From: Candidatus Aenigmatarchaeota archaeon
GTDB taxonomy: Archaea; Aenigmatarchaeota; Aenigmatarchaeia; GW2011-AR5
Assembly: GCA_016202845.1 (NCBI GenBank)
Contig: JACQNW010000094.1
Span: forward strand, 1-26,167
Length of the DNA: 26,167 nt
Direction of reading: 5' to 3'
In this document: in pieces, positions 24,166-26,167 of the stretch
Position numbering within the stretch: the stretch's first letter is position 1
Layout of the letters: the number at the start of each line of letters is the position of its first letter
Notes under the pieces: model-generated
Database searches by the model: none
The model's input: only the letters and a program-made list of their open reading frames with translations
Told to the model about the DNA's origin: nothing
Program-made: the position numbers and the translations under genes

Positions 24166-25242
24166 ATGACTCATGATAGAAGGGAATTTTTAAACACATT
24201 TGCGTCATTAGGCTTTGGAACAGCTTTGATAGGAGCAGAGTTATTGTTTCCAGACGAAGCTTACGCTTATAGAATGACGGATTCTGTCAGTCCGAAGAGA
24301 AGAAAAAGGTCAAACAGAAAAGATACGAAATTCATTGTTTTACATACAACAGAAGCAAATGGAAGTAGCTCCCTTAACAACCTTACACGAGACGGAAAGG
24401 CAAGCTATATGATTGATACAAACGGCAAAGTTTACAAGATTATGAATCCAGATCAGATTTCTATAGGTTGCGGAAGAAGCATGTGGGATGGCCGCAGAAA
24501 TTTAGATAATTGGGCTATTAACATAGAAGTGGTGGGAAGACATAATACACGGCCAACGGCAAGTCAGTATTCTAGCTTGAGAGATCTGGTGCAAGACTTG
24601 CAAAAAACGTACGATATATCTGACAGGAATGTTATGCCTCACTCTCAGGTTGCTTACGGCCGTCCAAATAAATGGCACAGAAGGTCGCATAGAGGAAGAA
24701 AAAGATGCGGCATGCTTTTTGCAACAGATTCAGTAAGAGAAAGACTTGGATTATCTTCAAAACAAAGGGATGATCCTGATGTAGAAGAAGGAAGGTTAAT
24801 GGTTGCTGATCCTTATTTGCGCCAGGTGATATACGGAAGAGCAGTGCCTGAAAGAGAACCTGATGCTGTGAAAGAAGAAGTGGATGAAGATAAACATATT
24901 TTACGAATAGTTGAAAGAGGCCAAACTGTCTGGAGATATGCGGGAGATGAATTTGATGCAGAAACAACCATTTACATGCTCCCGGATGGAAGAGTAAGAA
25001 CCGGAGAAGAATTGCAAAAAGCAGGTTATGACTTTAGTCGTGTGCCGCCAGGTGTCCAAATGGCTGTTGGATATGTTTATGGTGGTCATGTCCACCCTGG
25101 TAGATCAGCATACGAGATAGCAGGCAGAGATTGGAATAATCCTTCCACACTTTACAGGCTGCCGGATAGGAGAATAATTACTGGCGACGATTTGGACTCT
25201 AGAGCTATACCAGATGGAACTCTTGTTCTGTTTAGAAAATAA
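24166..25242 (+). CDS. Tat-exported N-acetylmuramoyl-L-alanine amidase (Amidase_2) with two C-terminal repeats
   Basis: RREFL twin-arginine signal. IVLHTTE, YMIDTNG, INIEVVG, VMPHSQV and RKRC give the Zn ligands His/His/Cys and the catalytic Glu. Confidence 0.82.
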   Translation: MTHDRREFLNTFASLGFGTALIGAELLFPDEAYAYRMTDSVSPKRRKRSNRKDTKFIVLHTTEANGSSSLNNLTRDGKASYMIDTNGKVYKIMNPDQISIGCGRSMWDGRRNLDNWAINIEVVGRHNTRPTASQYSSLRDLVQDLQKTYDISDRNVMPHSQVAYGRPNKWHRRSHRGRKRCGMLFATDSVRERLGLSSKQRDDPDVEEGRLMVADPYLRQVIYGRAVPEREPDAVKEEVDEDKHILRIVERGQTVWRYAGDEFDAETTIYMLPDGRVRTGEELQKAGYDFSRVPPGVQMAVGYVYGGHVHPGRSAYEIAGRDWNNPSTLYRLPDRRIITGDDLDSRAIPDGTLVLFRK

Positions 25243-25275
25243 TTATAAATACTGCACAAAAACAATTAGTTCTCA

Positions 25276-25722
25276 ATGCCTGCTAAAAAAAGAAGCCAGA
25301 GAAAAGCAAGGATAAATCAGCATTCTGCAGCAATGCCCTGGGACAGTTTGATGATACAGCTTATAGTAATACTGCTTATTCTGCTAATGCTAGCATTCGG
25401 TGCAGCATATTATGCGCCAATTCTGGCAGGCGGAGCTTATTTTGGTGACTATGAGGGACGATTAAGTGATCCTAACTATGACCAGCTTACAGAGGACAAC
25501 ACTGCAGGACAGGCATATATTAGGGATGCTGAAGGGCAACTTGTTGGAGGCACGGCAGGCGCTTTTCCTTTGGTAAGTGGTGAAGATATAGTAGGCTCGC
25601 ATGATGATTATCAGAACCAAATAGAATGCAATGATGGCATGGATAACGACAATGACGGCCTTTCAGACCTCGAAGATCAGGAATGCAAAAACTCATGGGA
25701 CACCTCTGAAAGCACTTTTTAA
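25276..25722 (+). CDS. Membrane-anchored hypothetical protein with a C-terminal Asp-rich Ca-binding-type motif
   Basis: TM helix LIVILLILLMLAFGAAYY, and ECNDGMDNDNDGLSDLEDQEC. Confidence 0.65.
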   Translation: MPAKKRSQRKARINQHSAAMPWDSLMIQLIVILLILLMLAFGAAYYAPILAGGAYFGDYEGRLSDPNYDQLTEDNTAGQAYIRDAEGQLVGGTAGAFPLVSGEDIVGSHDDYQNQIECNDGMDNDNDGLSDLEDQECKNSWDTSESTF

Positions 25723-25732
25723 CAAAATTCTA

Positions 25733-25740
25733 TTTATAAA
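25733..25740 (+). promoter_or_regulatory. TATA box for tRNA-Glu
   Basis: TTTATAAA preceded by an A-rich BRE-like tract. Predicts a start site near 25762-25766. Confidence 0.55.
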
Positions 25741-25781
25741 TCTTAAGCATAACATTATTCAGCTCTGTGGTCTAGAATAAT

Positions 25782-25972
25782 GCTCCAAACAAGTTATCAA
25801 TAATTTGTTGGCAAAGTTCGTCTAGCCCGGTCAGTGAACGGCGATCAAACTTGTTTTTATCGTCTCAACTGTTAGGATTTCGGCCTTTCGATAACCAGAT
25901 TGAAAGATCTGAGAGCTCTTTGCTCGTTGAAGAAGCAAGCCGACGGCACGGGTTCAAATCCCGTACGGAGCA
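25782..25972 (+). tRNA. tRNA-Glu(TTC) with three introns (5/6: 25787..25815; 20b/21: 25834..25873; 37/38: 25891..25937)
   Basis: Exons of 5+18+17+35 = 75 nt, with a perfect GCTCCGT/ACGGAGC acceptor after splicing. BHB central helices are TGCT/GGCA, CGGT/ACTG and CTTT/GAAG, each flanked by 3-nt bulges. Confidence 0.92.
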
Positions 25973-25973
25973 T

Positions 25974-26017
25974 TTAACCCCACCAAAACAAGTAACTTTA
26001 AATATTAGTGGGGTTAA
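25974..26017. promoter_or_regulatory. Perfect 10-bp inverted repeat TTAACCCCAC...GTGGGGTTAA enclosing a TATA box
   Basis: Arms at 25974..25983 and 26008..26017 flank TTTAAATA (25997..26004), 8 bp before the ATG at 26026. Confidence 0.55.
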
Positions 26018-26025
26018 CTATATGT

Positions 26026-26167
26026 ATGGTGTATCTGACAACTAAGAAAATCAAAGGAAAAGACTACTTGTACATTGTAAAGTCCGTTAAAATGCCTAAT
26101 GGCAATACTGAAAAACTGTCAAAAATGCTCGCAGGCAATGAAAAGAAGCTTTCTGTTAAAAAACTTG
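26026..26167 (+). CDS. 5' part of a gene running off the window
   Basis: MVYLTTKKIKGKDYLYIVKSVKMPNG... is open to the window edge. This N-terminal pattern is recalled from archaeal Fic-family proteins and IS1634-type transposases; the two cannot be distinguished here. Confidence 0.55.
   Translation, partial: MVYLTTKKIKGKDYLYIVKSVKMPNGNTEKLSKMLAGNEKKLSVKKL

Noticed and set aside
1155-24967. Numerous antisense or alternate-frame ORFs of 60-250 aa inside the long genes (e.g. 13493..14257, 2302..2772)
   Set aside because: They lie opposite well-supported genes and have atypical composition and no motifs.
23276-25972. Split (trans-spliced) or permuted tRNAs
   Set aside because: All exons of each tRNA are collinear and in order on one strand with local BHBs, so cis-splicing explains them fully.
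1-26167. CRISPR array, cas genes, integrase or intact transposase
   Set aside because: No regularly spaced direct repeats or recognisable cas, integrase or transposase motifs were seen. The partial terminal ORF is unresolved.

Overview
Archaeal chromosomal window of roughly 40% GC. Archaeal markers include a type II methionine aminopeptidase, an Lhr helicase next to a metallophosphoesterase, a class III-signal pilin, GGTG(A) ribosome-binding sites and BHB tRNA introns. A DPANN-like lineage is an inference only. The most striking content is non-coding and invisible to the ORF track. Three tRNA genes are broken by nine bulge-helix-bulge (BHB) introns at seven different positions: tRNA-Ser(GCT) has 2, tRNA-Val(TAC) has 4, and tRNA-Glu(TTC) has 3, one of them inside the acceptor stem. 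An antisense box C/D guide RNA sits inside the oxidoreductase operon, with guides matching conserved 23S rRNA peptidyl-transferase-region sequences (the G2251 equivalent, and possibly U2438). Two intact but apparently catalytically rewired modules are present: an ankyrin-type glutaminase homologue lacking most active-site residues in an operon with an asparaginase, and a four-subunit 2-oxoacid:ferredoxin oxidoreductase-like set lacking TPP and Fe-S motifs. Other content includes a divergent pyrimidine-synthesis block, two toxin-antitoxin pairs, a 227-bp MITE-like element, a diverged duplicate of the Lhr 3' end, an unannotated 52-aa Cys-rich protein and a Tat-exported peptidoglycan amidase. All alignments and structures were made by eye; no database searches were run.
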